A DNA stretch of 62,432 bases from Gammaproteobacteria bacterium (GTDB lineage: Bacteria; Pseudomonadota; Gammaproteobacteria; GCA-002705445; GCA-002716945): the NCBI GenBank assembly GCA_965656575.1, contig CBFHLA010000001.1, positions 1 to 62,432 of the forward strand. Reading direction: 5' to 3'. The notes beneath the pieces are model-generated. The model was given only the letters and a program-made list of their open reading frames with translations, was not told the origin of the DNA and did not search any database. Position 1 is the stretch's first letter; the number at the start of each line of letters is the position of its first letter. Positions 27,701 to 35,918 of this stretch are shown here, one piece after another. A program made the translations under genes and the position numbers.

Positions 27701-28380
27701 TAGGTGCTGGAGCAACTGCAAGTACAGGTAATAACCAATACGCTTTTGGTACAGGTGTTACAACACCAACAACCGGTTCATCTGCTTATGGGTCAGACCA
27801 GTTTGTGGTTGGTAAATTTAATGAATACACAAATTTAGCCGGTAGACCGCATAGGTTTGCTGTTGGTAATGGAGCTAGTGATGCTTCAAGAGATACGCCT
27901 TTCTGTGTAATAGGAAGTGGAACATATACAAACGGGCAGGTTAGTATAAATGATGCTGATGGATATCAATATACAAGTGTTCCGTATTCTATATTTCATG
28001 TTAATGGAAGAGCCACTAGTTCTTATAGCTCTACTTTTACTACTACTTCAGATGAAAGAGTTAAAAAGAATATAGTAGATTACAGTAAAGGGTTGGCAGA
28101 AATAATCCAAGTACAACCTAAGTCATACGCGTTTAATGGAAAAGGAAATACCATAGAAGACGTAGAGTCTATAGGCGTGTTGGCACAAGAGATTAAAGAT
28201 GTTTTCCCAGAAACTGTTGGGACAGTAAATAAAAAATTAAACCCTGAAGATGAGCAGGAAACTGAATTATATACAGTTGATATAAGTCCTGTTACATATG
28301 CTTTAATAAACGCAATAAAAGAATTAAACGCAAAAGTAGAAGCTTTAGAGGCTAGAATACAAACCTTAGAAGAAAATTAA
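24715..28380 (+). CDS. tail fibre/spike with Peptidase_S74 intramolecular-chaperone C-terminal domain (1221 aa)
   Basis: Eight copies of (S)SGNVGIGTTxPxxKL(H/D)V. The C-terminus TSDERVKKNIVDY...IGVLAQEIKDVFPE...coiled coil is the classic auto-cleaving chaperone signature (SDxRxKxNI). Confidence 0.85.
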   Translation: MAIQFESSLDVNGKFTLGSAFVPTSTEQENLINIIVGTNSNGSQNGIAFYENSGGYGMKLGYDGAGSGASNALRIYDANDAAFVTFQNGGNVGIGTLIPAYKLDVNGALHSSNITIADYIIHEGDTTTYAGFGGADYFTVATDGTDRLQVYNTGVFVSTPLYVADKIAHTGDSNTYMSFPSNDNISWYTNGSARMHIDSSGNVGIGTTNPEQKLHVAGNMRLQNQLYDSTNSQGTLGQVLSKVSAGTQWIDGSAISGVPDGSGTANYTARWTDTDTLGTGVLYDNGTNVGIGTTSPSATLDVNGAGNFSGGTVVSGIDTTTNVGLAIAKGDYLYSNDGNYLRRLIGQQSGGSIDIGQQGTGLIGNINFFPGTSGNIIFYASGSENMRVASSGNVGIGTTNPTEKLHIADTNAPTIRLQVTSPGQYPVYGKIDTGNGFLTWANVTLPGQIIGSRWQFTGPPLSGRGDTYINLHDTNGIDVIVKDSQVVKIEDGGNVGIGTTSPSAKLDVSGTVNASQGYSTNNTSRKYFWKTDNTGNSGNIWKKIGTYNSDGQSSRIMITATGTTSYGAGTKPGKMTIIAQVNNNNLLEGSFWQEGMAGQYGDVGFVSNSATSHDIYYQVGSYAEYAYEAIVSDGTFTTDSTTVSTPSFTHQPERNWNVNNNLLVNSSGNVGIGTTNPSYTLDVNGSLHSTNLTIADAIYHEGDGNTYIQFVANDTIRWVTSGAERMRLNSSGNVGIGTTNPDSKLHVLDTLPKFEIQSDNLYPDAYIDFTSSLGNNVSRIYSYSNPGGSGLDLSYEGFGITSNSSRIQLKNGFMYFSTAGSIRAAILSNGNVGIGTTNPTTKLHVEGNVLFSSNLRIGGSNTFKSCTYGAQNGLVVGQNNVLGGIANGIVGVGNTIECTAEPWNSFGGNFVAGRNNTINNQYSHANAVFGQDNTVGDPTNSMNNVAGTLVSGIFHSTFGDNSFAFGESCFTDIYADRSLTGGYDSNNFGGFGSVAIGAGATASTGNNQYAFGTGVTTPTTGSSAYGSDQFVVGKFNEYTNLAGRPHRFAVGNGASDASRDTPFCVIGSGTYTNGQVSINDADGYQYTSVPYSIFHVNGRATSSYSSTFTTTSDERVKKNIVDYSKGLAEIIQVQPKSYAFNGKGNTIEDVESIGVLAQEIKDVFPETVGTVNKKLNPEDEQETELYTVDISPVTYALINAIKELNAKVEALEARIQTLEEN
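24979..27255 (+). repeat. eight dispersed ~54-nt repeats encoding GNVGIGTTxPxxxLxV
   Basis: Copies at about 24979, 25315, 25570, 25888, 26188, 26716, 26908 and 27202. Confidence 0.8.
28048..28377 (+). other. intramolecular chaperone auto-processing domain (predicted cleavage at Ser of SDERVKKNI)
   Basis: The motif begins at codon 28048-28050. Confidence 0.75.
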
Positions 28381-28381
28381 T

Positions 28382-28693
28382 ATGGAGTGGAATATAATGG
28401 ACATAAAGGTAAGAACAGAAAATAACTATGTAGTTGAAGTTATGGCTTCATGCAAACATGCCGAAGGCCGTGGTAAATCTGTTGTTGTTCACTCATCAAC
28501 TTTTGAAGGTGAACCTGATGAAAACTTTATACCTTTTGAAGAGTTAACTAAAGAACAAGTGCTAGACTGGGTCAAACAAGATTTAGGTCCAGATGAGGTA
28601 AGTAGAATAGAAACAAAAGTAGTATATGAAGCTACAGAAAGAAATAATTATCTTAATAATTTAACAATTCAATCTAAACAATTAAATACATAA
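28382..28693 (+). CDS. hypothetical protein (103 aa)
   Basis: ORF track; follows the fibre gene by 1 nt. Confidence 0.5.
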   Translation: MEWNIMDIKVRTENNYVVEVMASCKHAEGRGKSVVVHSSTFEGEPDENFIPFEELTKEQVLDWVKQDLGPDEVSRIETKVVYEATERNNYLNNLTIQSKQLNT

Positions 28694-28695
28694 AA

Positions 28696-29034
28696 ATGGC
28701 AAATACATACACTTGGACAATTAATGCACTAGATGTACATCCAATAGAAGATACTTTAACTGATGTAGTATATAATGTGCATTGGGGAATGACAGTTACA
28801 TCAGATCAGACAGATTCAGAAGGTAATCCTTATACAACAAATGCAATTGGAACTCAAATTGTTAGTTCACCAACTCCAGATCAATTTGTTGATTTTGATA
28901 GTTTAACACAAGATGATGTAGTATCTTGGTTAGAATCTAGTGATATGAATATTGAAGAAATTAAAACCGGTCTTGATAATAGAATTCAAGATTTAATTAC
29001 TCCAACTAGCGTAACTAAAAATGTACCTTGGTAA
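28696..29034 (+). CDS. hypothetical protein (112 aa)
   Basis: ORF track. Confidence 0.5.
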   Translation: MANTYTWTINALDVHPIEDTLTDVVYNVHWGMTVTSDQTDSEGNPYTTNAIGTQIVSSPTPDQFVDFDSLTQDDVVSWLESSDMNIEEIKTGLDNRIQDLITPTSVTKNVPW

Positions 29035-29100
29035 AATTTTGAAAATAAAAAAAAAGATTATATATTTGAATTATAAATTATAATTTAAAAACCAAATACA

Positions 29101-29376
29101 ATGGCAAAAAGTAAAACTAAAAAGGCTAAAAAACTTACAGCCAAAGAATTAGAAGAAGTTAAAAATCTTCAAAATCAAATTAATACTGTAGTATTAAATA
29201 TTGGTAACCAAGAATTGATTAAAAATCAGTTAGCAAGTAGACATACTGAGCTTCAAGCTGAGTGGAAAGACATGACTATTTCTTTAGAGGAAAAGTACGG
29301 TTCTGTAAACATTAGTTTAGAAGATGGAGCTATTACTGAAGTTGAAGAAAAAGAAGAAGAAACAACTCTAGCATAG
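29101..29376 (+). CDS. hypothetical coiled-coil protein (91 aa)
   Basis: AAAAACCAAATACA leader and a terminator downstream. Confidence 0.5.
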   Translation: MAKSKTKKAKKLTAKELEEVKNLQNQINTVVLNIGNQELIKNQLASRHTELQAEWKDMTISLEEKYGSVNISLEDGAITEVEEKEEETTLA

Positions 29377-29410
29377 TAGAGTTTTATTCCCATAATACTT
29401 ATTTTATTAA

Positions 29411-29453
29411 AAAATTTTAAAGCCAAGCATTTCTTGTTTGGTTTTAAAATTTT
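29411..29453 (+). terminator. long A/U-rich hairpin terminator
   Basis: AAAATTTTAAAGCCAAGCA-tttct-TGTTTGGTTTTAAAATTTT: 19 bp including G:U pairs, with a U-rich 3' side. Confidence 0.6.
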
Positions 29454-29471
29454 TTGTATATTATTATTGTA
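29454..29471 (+). promoter_or_regulatory. recurrent motif TTGTATATTATTATTGTA (copy 3, identical to copy 1)
   Basis: Abuts the terminator hairpin and lies upstream of ATG 29517. Confidence 0.45.
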
Positions 29472-29516
29472 TAGTTTATTACTTAACAGTAAGATATATT
29501 TTTAAATTAAGTATCT

Positions 29517-31727
29517 ATGATTCCAACAAGTTCAAGCGCCACAACTAATGGGTGTGATAATATATCATCTAATTGCGTAGTATGGCAGGGACCAGACATC
29601 GCTTGTATTGATTTATGTACAGGTGATACAATTAGTGATGTTACAGCAAAGCTAGCTCAACAAGTATGTGATATAATTACAGGTGGTGTAGTTGCTAATC
29701 CAGATCTTACTGGTTTAGACTTAACATGTTTAAATATACAAGGTGTAACACCTACAGAATTAGTGCCTGTTCTTCAGGCAATGGTTAATCAAATATGTAT
29801 TAATGGTCAAGGTAGCGGGGGAACAAGTACACCTTTACCAATAATGACTTTGCCAGCATGCTTGCAGTATGATGATGCTCAAGGTAATCCTGTAACTCAA
29901 CTTCCTTTAGATCAATTTGCAACTCTTATAGCAAATCAAGTTTGTACTAATTTACAAAGTATACAAACTATAAATGCAACATTATCTAATTATGATACAA
30001 GAATTTCAACATTAGAACAGTGTGTTTTACCATGTAACCAAGTTGTACCTGAAAAACAAGTTGTTCCTACATGTATAATTAATGTTGGTCAATTAACTGA
30101 TGTATCAGTATTATTACTTGCATTAGAAACAAGATTTTGTGCATTAGAAATTGCCGTTGGTTCTCCTGCTTTAATAAATAATGCAATAAGCCAGACAACT
30201 ATTCAAGGAAACACAGACATGCTTTCTACAAATGGAACTTATTCTAGTGTTACAGGATGGCAAAGCAATCCTAGTACATTAGCACAAAGTGTTCAAAATG
30301 CATGGTCAGTGATAGATGATTTATATGCAGCAATTGTTGAGATACAAAATAACTGTTGTCCAACAGGATGTGACTCTGTTACTTTTGCATATACAACTTC
30401 TAATGTATTAAATGCTGCTGGATTTATTGAAAGCATTAATTTTAATTTTACAGGATCAAGTATTCCGAGTACTTTTACTGAAGAGGCAGGTAAATCAATT
30501 ATTTCTATTACAGATGCTGATGGAGTAACAGTTACAACACAAGTTCAAGTAACAACATTACAAAGTCAACCTGCAGGATTTACATTTACTTTACCCGCAT
30601 CAATTAATCAATTTGGTAATTTAAATACTAGTGTTGAGTTTGGAGTTACAGATGGTTCAAGCACATGTGATGCAACAAAGTCTTCTGTAATATCAGGCAT
30701 TATACCTTGTCCACCTTTAACACTAGCAGCAATAGGAGGAGATACTGTGACAGTTAATTTTAATAACAATTTTGGAACATCAGCTGTATTTACAATTGAT
30801 GTAATTACAGTTAGTACGGGTCTTGTTGCGGCTACATATGTAATTAATAATCCAGGTACTTCTGTTTCACAAGTTGTAACAGGTCTTAGCCCAAATATAG
30901 ATTATGAAGTAAGACTTACTATTGATATCAAAGGTCAAACAGAAGTTTGTTCAAATGTACCGTTTACTACTAGTTCTTTAGCTGCACCATGTACAGATGG
31001 TATGGATGTAGCATTTGTACTTGATTATACAGGTTCAATGGAAGATGAAATAGAAGATATAAAAACTAATTTTGCAACATTAGTTAATACTATAGACACT
31101 GCTTCTGGAGCAAATAATTATAGAATTGCAGTCACAACTGTAGATGAATATGACAATCCGTATTCAACACCGGCTTATGGAAGTTGTGCTGACTACACGG
31201 CATTACCATCTGGTCAAGTACTAGAAGTTAGCGGTATAAATCACACTGCTGTACTTACAACATGGGAGGTATTCTCAGATAATAATGGTGCATCAGCAAC
31301 CACACAAGTTCAAAAATTAAATGGAGGTGTTGATGGTACTTGTATTAATATGGGTAGTGGAGGTGTAAGCGGTCCTGAACCAACCGATGTAGCAATAGAA
31401 GCAATTATAGGAGCTACTGAATTTGCAGGAACATTTAGACCCGGTGTTGCCAAATATGTAATTGTTGTAACAGATCAATTGCCAGGTGGAGCAGATGGCG
31501 CATTTACTTCAGTAGATTATGCAACTATTGGTCAATTAACCCAAACTGCTAATGCAAATGGAATTAAGATATTTGTTTGTGGTGCGGGTACTAACGGAGT
31601 TTATGATAACGGGGGTACTATAGTATATCCATGGAGAGAGTTAGCTATTAATACCGGAGGTAATTGGAATGCAAGTGAAGATGTAACAACAATTAGTAAT
31701 GAAATAATTGCTGGTTGTTCAGCATAA
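29517..31727 (+). CDS. Cys-rich virion protein with C-terminal von Willebrand factor A (vWA) domain (736 aa)
   Basis: MDVAFVLDYTGSM (MIDAS-like DxTGS at 31023-31037) and KYVIVVTDQLPGG (the hhhhTD motif). The central region is Ig/FN3-like (T/V/S-rich). Confidence 0.65.
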   Translation: MIPTSSSATTNGCDNISSNCVVWQGPDIACIDLCTGDTISDVTAKLAQQVCDIITGGVVANPDLTGLDLTCLNIQGVTPTELVPVLQAMVNQICINGQGSGGTSTPLPIMTLPACLQYDDAQGNPVTQLPLDQFATLIANQVCTNLQSIQTINATLSNYDTRISTLEQCVLPCNQVVPEKQVVPTCIINVGQLTDVSVLLLALETRFCALEIAVGSPALINNAISQTTIQGNTDMLSTNGTYSSVTGWQSNPSTLAQSVQNAWSVIDDLYAAIVEIQNNCCPTGCDSVTFAYTTSNVLNAAGFIESINFNFTGSSIPSTFTEEAGKSIISITDADGVTVTTQVQVTTLQSQPAGFTFTLPASINQFGNLNTSVEFGVTDGSSTCDATKSSVISGIIPCPPLTLAAIGGDTVTVNFNNNFGTSAVFTIDVITVSTGLVAATYVINNPGTSVSQVVTGLSPNIDYEVRLTIDIKGQTEVCSNVPFTTSSLAAPCTDGMDVAFVLDYTGSMEDEIEDIKTNFATLVNTIDTASGANNYRIAVTTVDEYDNPYSTPAYGSCADYTALPSGQVLEVSGINHTAVLTTWEVFSDNNGASATTQVQKLNGGVDGTCINMGSGGVSGPEPTDVAIEAIIGATEFAGTFRPGVAKYVIVVTDQLPGGADGAFTSVDYATIGQLTQTANANGIKIFVCGAGTNGVYDNGGTIVYPWRELAINTGGNWNASEDVTTISNEIIAGCSA

Positions 31728-31746
31728 TAAAATAAAAGTTTAAAAG

Positions 31747-32307
31747 ATGGCATGTAATTGTACAAAATGTAGTAGTAAATGTAGTTGTGCTGATACAGCA
31801 TTAACCAATCCTTGTTCATACACTGATTGTAGTGTGGGTAGCGAAAGGTGTGATGATATACAGTGTGCTGCATGTGTAAGCTATTGTGGTACATCATTTC
31901 AAATAGGTGACCCAAGCTCACAAATAGTAATTAAATCTGGAGATAGACTTGATTCAATCATTCAAAAATTTGCTATGTTATTTGCTAATGGATTAGGTTC
32001 TTGTACATCTGAAGATACTCAACATGATCCATATAATGTTTTTGCAGGTACTATAACAAGTTCAACGGCAAGTATTTTATGGAATGGTGTTTATGGAAGT
32101 AGCACAGGGGTAAACATTTACTATGATACTCAAGTTGCTCCAAGCGGTTGGACATTGGCAAATGCAACGCCTATTGTTACAACGGTAAATAATTTTACAA
32201 TAACTAATTTGTTATCTAGCACTGCTTATAAAGTAAAAGTAGTTGATGCTGGAAACTCTGCTGCATGTAAACCAATTGAAATATTATTTTCTACCCTGTC
32301 AGCATAA
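31747..32307 (+). CDS. Cys-rich protein with C-terminal fibronectin-type-III-like domain (186 aa)
   Basis: N-terminal CNCTKCSSKCSC...C...C...C..C...C. C-terminal ITSSTASILWNG...TITNLLSSTAYKVKVV (FN3 pattern). Confidence 0.55.
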   Translation: MACNCTKCSSKCSCADTALTNPCSYTDCSVGSERCDDIQCAACVSYCGTSFQIGDPSSQIVIKSGDRLDSIIQKFAMLFANGLGSCTSEDTQHDPYNVFAGTITSSTASILWNGVYGSSTGVNIYYDTQVAPSGWTLANATPIVTTVNNFTITNLLSSTAYKVKVVDAGNSAACKPIEILFSTLSA

Positions 32308-32360
32308 TAAAATACAACATGAGCAAGTGGTTTGTTGGTTTTCTACTGCAAACGTTGGGA

Positions 32361-32391
32361 AGAGACTGGTTTGACCGGTCTCTTTTTTTTT
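32361..32391 (+). terminator. intrinsic terminator
   Basis: AGAGACTGGT-ttg-ACCGGTCTCT (10 bp, one G:U pair) followed by a T9 run. Confidence 0.85.
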
Positions 32392-32400
32392 GTATATTTA
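32390..32400 (+). promoter_or_regulatory. recurrent motif variant TTGTATATTTA (copy 4)
   Basis: Overlaps the terminator T-run, 32 nt upstream of ATG 32422. Confidence 0.4.
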
Positions 32401-32421
32401 TAAAATTTTATTTACAAAATC

Positions 32422-33645
32422 ATGAATAATATTAAACAAAAAGTATTAGAATCATTAAAATGGAAAAAAAATTCTTCCATTTCTGCTGAAAGATGCGGTA
32501 TTAGTGAAAAAGAGTATGTTAAGATTAAAAAAGAAATTTTAAATGAAAGAAAAAAACAAAGGAAAAAAAGTAGATTTTTTTCAAAAGCTGCTGAACAATC
32601 ACAGCTTGTAGAGTCAATTGACTTAGATAAAGGTGAAGGTAAAATATCAGGAACCTTTGAACATGAACCAAAAAGTGCTGAAGAAATAATTCAACTTTTA
32701 AAAATAGATACAGATAAATGGAGATTATCTCAATATTGGAATAAACAAATGGGAGACCATTGGAGAGTATCAGCATTAATTACTCAAATTAAAAATCCAG
32801 AAGAAAAATTATTTGCAGAACTATTAGAAAATTGGAAACCAAAAAGTTATAAGTTACCTAAAGTAAATTTAAAAGATATAAAAAATAATGATCCTGTTTG
32901 TGGAGTTATGTCTTTACAAGATATACATTTTGGTAAAGAAGGTAATGATACTATAGATAAGGACTTTGAAGATACTATAAAGTATTTAATACAAAAAGCT
33001 GCACCAGTTAACTATATTGAACGAATGTATTTTGTTGTAGGTGGTGACTTAATAAACATGGATACATTTGAAGGTACAACAACAAGTGGTACTGGATTAG
33101 ACAATTGTATGACAGCTACTGAAGCATATGTGCAAGCTTTTGATGCTATGCATTGGGCTATAAATTTTATAAAAGCATACTGCAAAGAATTAGTTATTGT
33201 TTATGTTCCGGGTAATCATGACAGACTATCTTCTTTTCATTTAGTTCATGCACTTTCAAAGTCTATTGAGAGTAATGAAATTATATGGGATATTAAATAT
33301 GAAGAACGCAAAGTACATGTATGGCACAATAACTTTAATGCATTTGAACACGGTGATAAAAGAAGTAAAAATAATCCTTTAATATATGCTTCTGAGTATC
33401 CAAAAGAATGGGGTGCTACAACTAACCGTACTTTATTTAAAGGTCATATTCATACAGATAGAAAAGTTGAGTATATGACTTCAAATGAAACCGCAGGATT
33501 TATTGAGAAAACATTACCAAGTTTAGGTAAAACAGATTACTATCACTATAGTAATAAATATGTTGGTAATAGAAGATCTGGTAAATTAGAGATTCAACAC
33601 CCAACTATGGGTAATATATGTGAATTAACCTATCAAGCTTTGTAA
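32422..33645 (+). CDS. calcineurin-like metallophosphoesterase with N-terminal HTH-like/Lys-rich extension (407 aa)
   Basis: The ordered motifs are all present: DIHFG (32920-32934), GGDLIN, GNHD (33211-33222), HGD and GHIHTD (33442-33459). Confidence 0.8.
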   Translation: MNNIKQKVLESLKWKKNSSISAERCGISEKEYVKIKKEILNERKKQRKKSRFFSKAAEQSQLVESIDLDKGEGKISGTFEHEPKSAEEIIQLLKIDTDKWRLSQYWNKQMGDHWRVSALITQIKNPEEKLFAELLENWKPKSYKLPKVNLKDIKNNDPVCGVMSLQDIHFGKEGNDTIDKDFEDTIKYLIQKAAPVNYIERMYFVVGGDLINMDTFEGTTTSGTGLDNCMTATEAYVQAFDAMHWAINFIKAYCKELVIVYVPGNHDRLSSFHLVHALSKSIESNEIIWDIKYEERKVHVWHNNFNAFEHGDKRSKNNPLIYASEYPKEWGATTNRTLFKGHIHTDRKVEYMTSNETAGFIEKTLPSLGKTDYYHYSNKYVGNRRSGKLEIQHPTMGNICELTYQAL

Positions 33646-33681
33646 AGACCTTACTTTTAATTTCATAAAGTGAGGTTTTTT

Positions 33682-33692
33682 TTGTAAATTAT
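33682..33692 (+). promoter_or_regulatory. recurrent motif variant TTGTAAATTAT (copy 5)
   Basis: Follows a weak hairpin and T-run, 24 nt upstream of ATG 33706. Confidence 0.35.
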
Positions 33693-33705
33693 AAATGTAG
33701 ACTGT

Positions 33706-34272
33706 ATGATTAATAATTTTAAAAAACCTAATTTAAATGCTGCTAGATATAGAGCAAAAAGATTGGGTTTATTAAATAAAGAAACATTTGATGAGTTCAA
33801 AGAAAAAAAACCTTTGTATTCAGAAATAGATAATAGTAAATTAAAATTAATAATTAAAACATATAATGAAAAATTATGGCAAGGTGTAATTGATAATAGA
33901 GGTGGTGTTGAGTTACCGGACTCTTTAGGATATTTATTTATAGGTACATGTCCAAAAGCAAATACGGTAAACACAGATTACGCATTATCATATAAATACG
34001 GTAAAGTCTTGCAAAACAAAAATTGGGAAACAGATGGTAATCTAGGAAAAATATTTTATACAAATTGGTCTGCCAAGTATAGATTTAAAAATAGAGAGCT
34101 TTGGAGATTTACAGCATGTAGAAAATTTAAAAGAGCAGTTGCACAGAGTTACCCAAAAAATTGGACAAAGTATGTAGTAATGAAAAATAAATATAGAGTG
34201 GCTCATTTATATGATGATACACCGGAGAAAACCAAACAGACTCTGAAAAATTATAATGAATTTGAAATGTAA
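33706..34272 (+). CDS. hypothetical basic protein (188 aa)
   Basis: ORF track; no motif. Confidence 0.55.
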   Translation: MINNFKKPNLNAARYRAKRLGLLNKETFDEFKEKKPLYSEIDNSKLKLIIKTYNEKLWQGVIDNRGGVELPDSLGYLFIGTCPKANTVNTDYALSYKYGKVLQNKNWETDGNLGKIFYTNWSAKYRFKNRELWRFTACRKFKRAVAQSYPKNWTKYVVMKNKYRVAHLYDDTPEKTKQTLKNYNEFEM

Positions 34273-34277
34273 ATAGT

Positions 34278-34952
34278 ATGTCAACAATAGCAGAAGCGGT
34301 ATCAAGAATAAGGGGTCAAGTTAAAGCAGAAGTGCAAGACGCTTTTATTACTGATAGATACATATATAGTTTGATAGAAAAGTTTGCTCAAGTTTTAATG
34401 AGAAGACAAGACTATGCAAATAAGTTGATGAAGTTCAATTCAGTTTGGAAAACTCTTCCTTATATTGAAATGATTAATGTAGATAAAGTTGAAGCTGGTT
34501 GTTCTGGTATTACAAGCGGTTGTACAATTAAAAGAAGTAAAGTTAGGTTGCCTGATATGATAGAAGGATATTGGGGTCCTTTGATTAGAACGGTTAGTTC
34601 TATTGATGGATCTCAGGAATTACAAGCTACACAGCCTGGTACCTATACATCAATGACAAAAACAACAACATTTAAATATAATAAGACTTTATATTTTTGG
34701 TGGTTAGATGGGTATATTTATTGCCCTAATATTGCTTGGGATGCAATTAAAGTTGAAGGTGTATTTAGTGCTGATATTACAAAATGGAATTGTGATACAC
34801 AAGATGATTGCACACCTAGATATGAACAACCTATCTATATTCCAGAAGCACTGTTTGCTGAGATAGAAATGCAAGTAATTCAAACAATGGTTGGAACTAT
34901 GCAAATACCATCTGAAGATTCTGATAATAAACGCAATATAAATAGACAATAA
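34278..34952 (+). CDS. hypothetical tail-module protein (224 aa)
   Basis: ORF track. TAATG-coupled to the next gene. Confidence 0.55.
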   Translation: MSTIAEAVSRIRGQVKAEVQDAFITDRYIYSLIEKFAQVLMRRQDYANKLMKFNSVWKTLPYIEMINVDKVEAGCSGITSGCTIKRSKVRLPDMIEGYWGPLIRTVSSIDGSQELQATQPGTYTSMTKTTTFKYNKTLYFWWLDGYIYCPNIAWDAIKVEGVFSADITKWNCDTQDDCTPRYEQPIYIPEALFAEIEMQVIQTMVGTMQIPSEDSDNKRNINRQ

Positions 34953-35902
34953 TGGGAGTATCAAATAAATATAGAACGTTTAGTCAGTTAATGGAAGATG
35001 TTTCTATTGACTTTTCAAACTATGCATTGGAAGGTATGATTGAACCTCAGCAATTAATAAAAGTTGCTACACGTGTAAATTATGATTTAGGACTACGTAT
35101 TCATAGGACTAAGGAGGTTGTGTTAGATATTGAACATGGTAAAGCACAACTACCTATGGATTTTGCATATATTAATTATGCATTCAGATGTGGGTCATAT
35201 AAAATTAATAATACAATGCCATCCGGAACACATGTTGAAACATTTAATGATGTACCATATGTTCCTGCACCAAGTGATAATGATGCATGCGATAATAAAA
35301 CAGATTGTAAAGATGTTTGTGTAGTAAAAACATGCAATGATAAAAATGAATATCAACTTGTTCAAAGAATTGGTCCGGATCAATACAGACAATTTAGTAG
35401 TTGGACACAACTTAGAATTCAAAGTGTAAACACACCAACTTGTTTTTGCCCTGAACTAGGAGCTCAGGCATTAGATATTGCAGAAATTAAAGATGGATTT
35501 TTAATTACAACATTTAAAACTGGGAAGGTTTACATAAGCTATCAAGGTTCAATGGAAAATGCACAAGGTGATTTATTAGTTTTAGATCATCCATATTGTA
35601 ATGAATATTATGAATATGCCATTAAACAAAGAATATTAGAAAATATGATTTGGCAGGGAGAAAATGTATCTAATCAGTTAGGTCTAGTTGAGCAAAGACT
35701 TAGAGCTGCTAGAAATAATGCTCTTGGTTTTATTAATACACCAGATTTTAGAGAAATGCAAAAAATATGGACCGTAAACAGGAGAGCTCAATATCATAAT
35801 TACTATAATATGTTTTTAAGTTATGCACCTGCAAATCCAAGAATAGCTGGTCCAGCTGTTGTAACTAGTGATGGTACTACTACAGTTACTGATTCATATT
35901 AA
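34952..35902 (+). CDS. hypothetical tail-module protein (316 aa)
   Basis: ORF track. Confidence 0.55.
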   Translation: MGVSNKYRTFSQLMEDVSIDFSNYALEGMIEPQQLIKVATRVNYDLGLRIHRTKEVVLDIEHGKAQLPMDFAYINYAFRCGSYKINNTMPSGTHVETFNDVPYVPAPSDNDACDNKTDCKDVCVVKTCNDKNEYQLVQRIGPDQYRQFSSWTQLRIQSVNTPTCFCPELGAQALDIAEIKDGFLITTFKTGKVYISYQGSMENAQGDLLVLDHPYCNEYYEYAIKQRILENMIWQGENVSNQLGLVEQRLRAARNNALGFINTPDFREMQKIWTVNRRAQYHNYYNMFLSYAPANPRIAGPAVVTSDGTTTVTDSY

Positions 35903-35918
35903 AATATTTTGACTTGTT

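Noticed and set aside
31601-31921. 106-aa minus-strand ORF spanning the 31727/31747 gene junction
   Set aside because: It overlaps two well-supported + genes, has an odd Tyr/His/Met-rich composition, and has no upstream intergenic space.
32329-32421. Small hydrophobic ORF starting ATGAGCAAGTGG (MSKWFVGFLLQTLGRDW...)
   Set aside because: It runs through the strong terminator hairpin, the T-run and the promoter-like motif. It is more likely non-coding.
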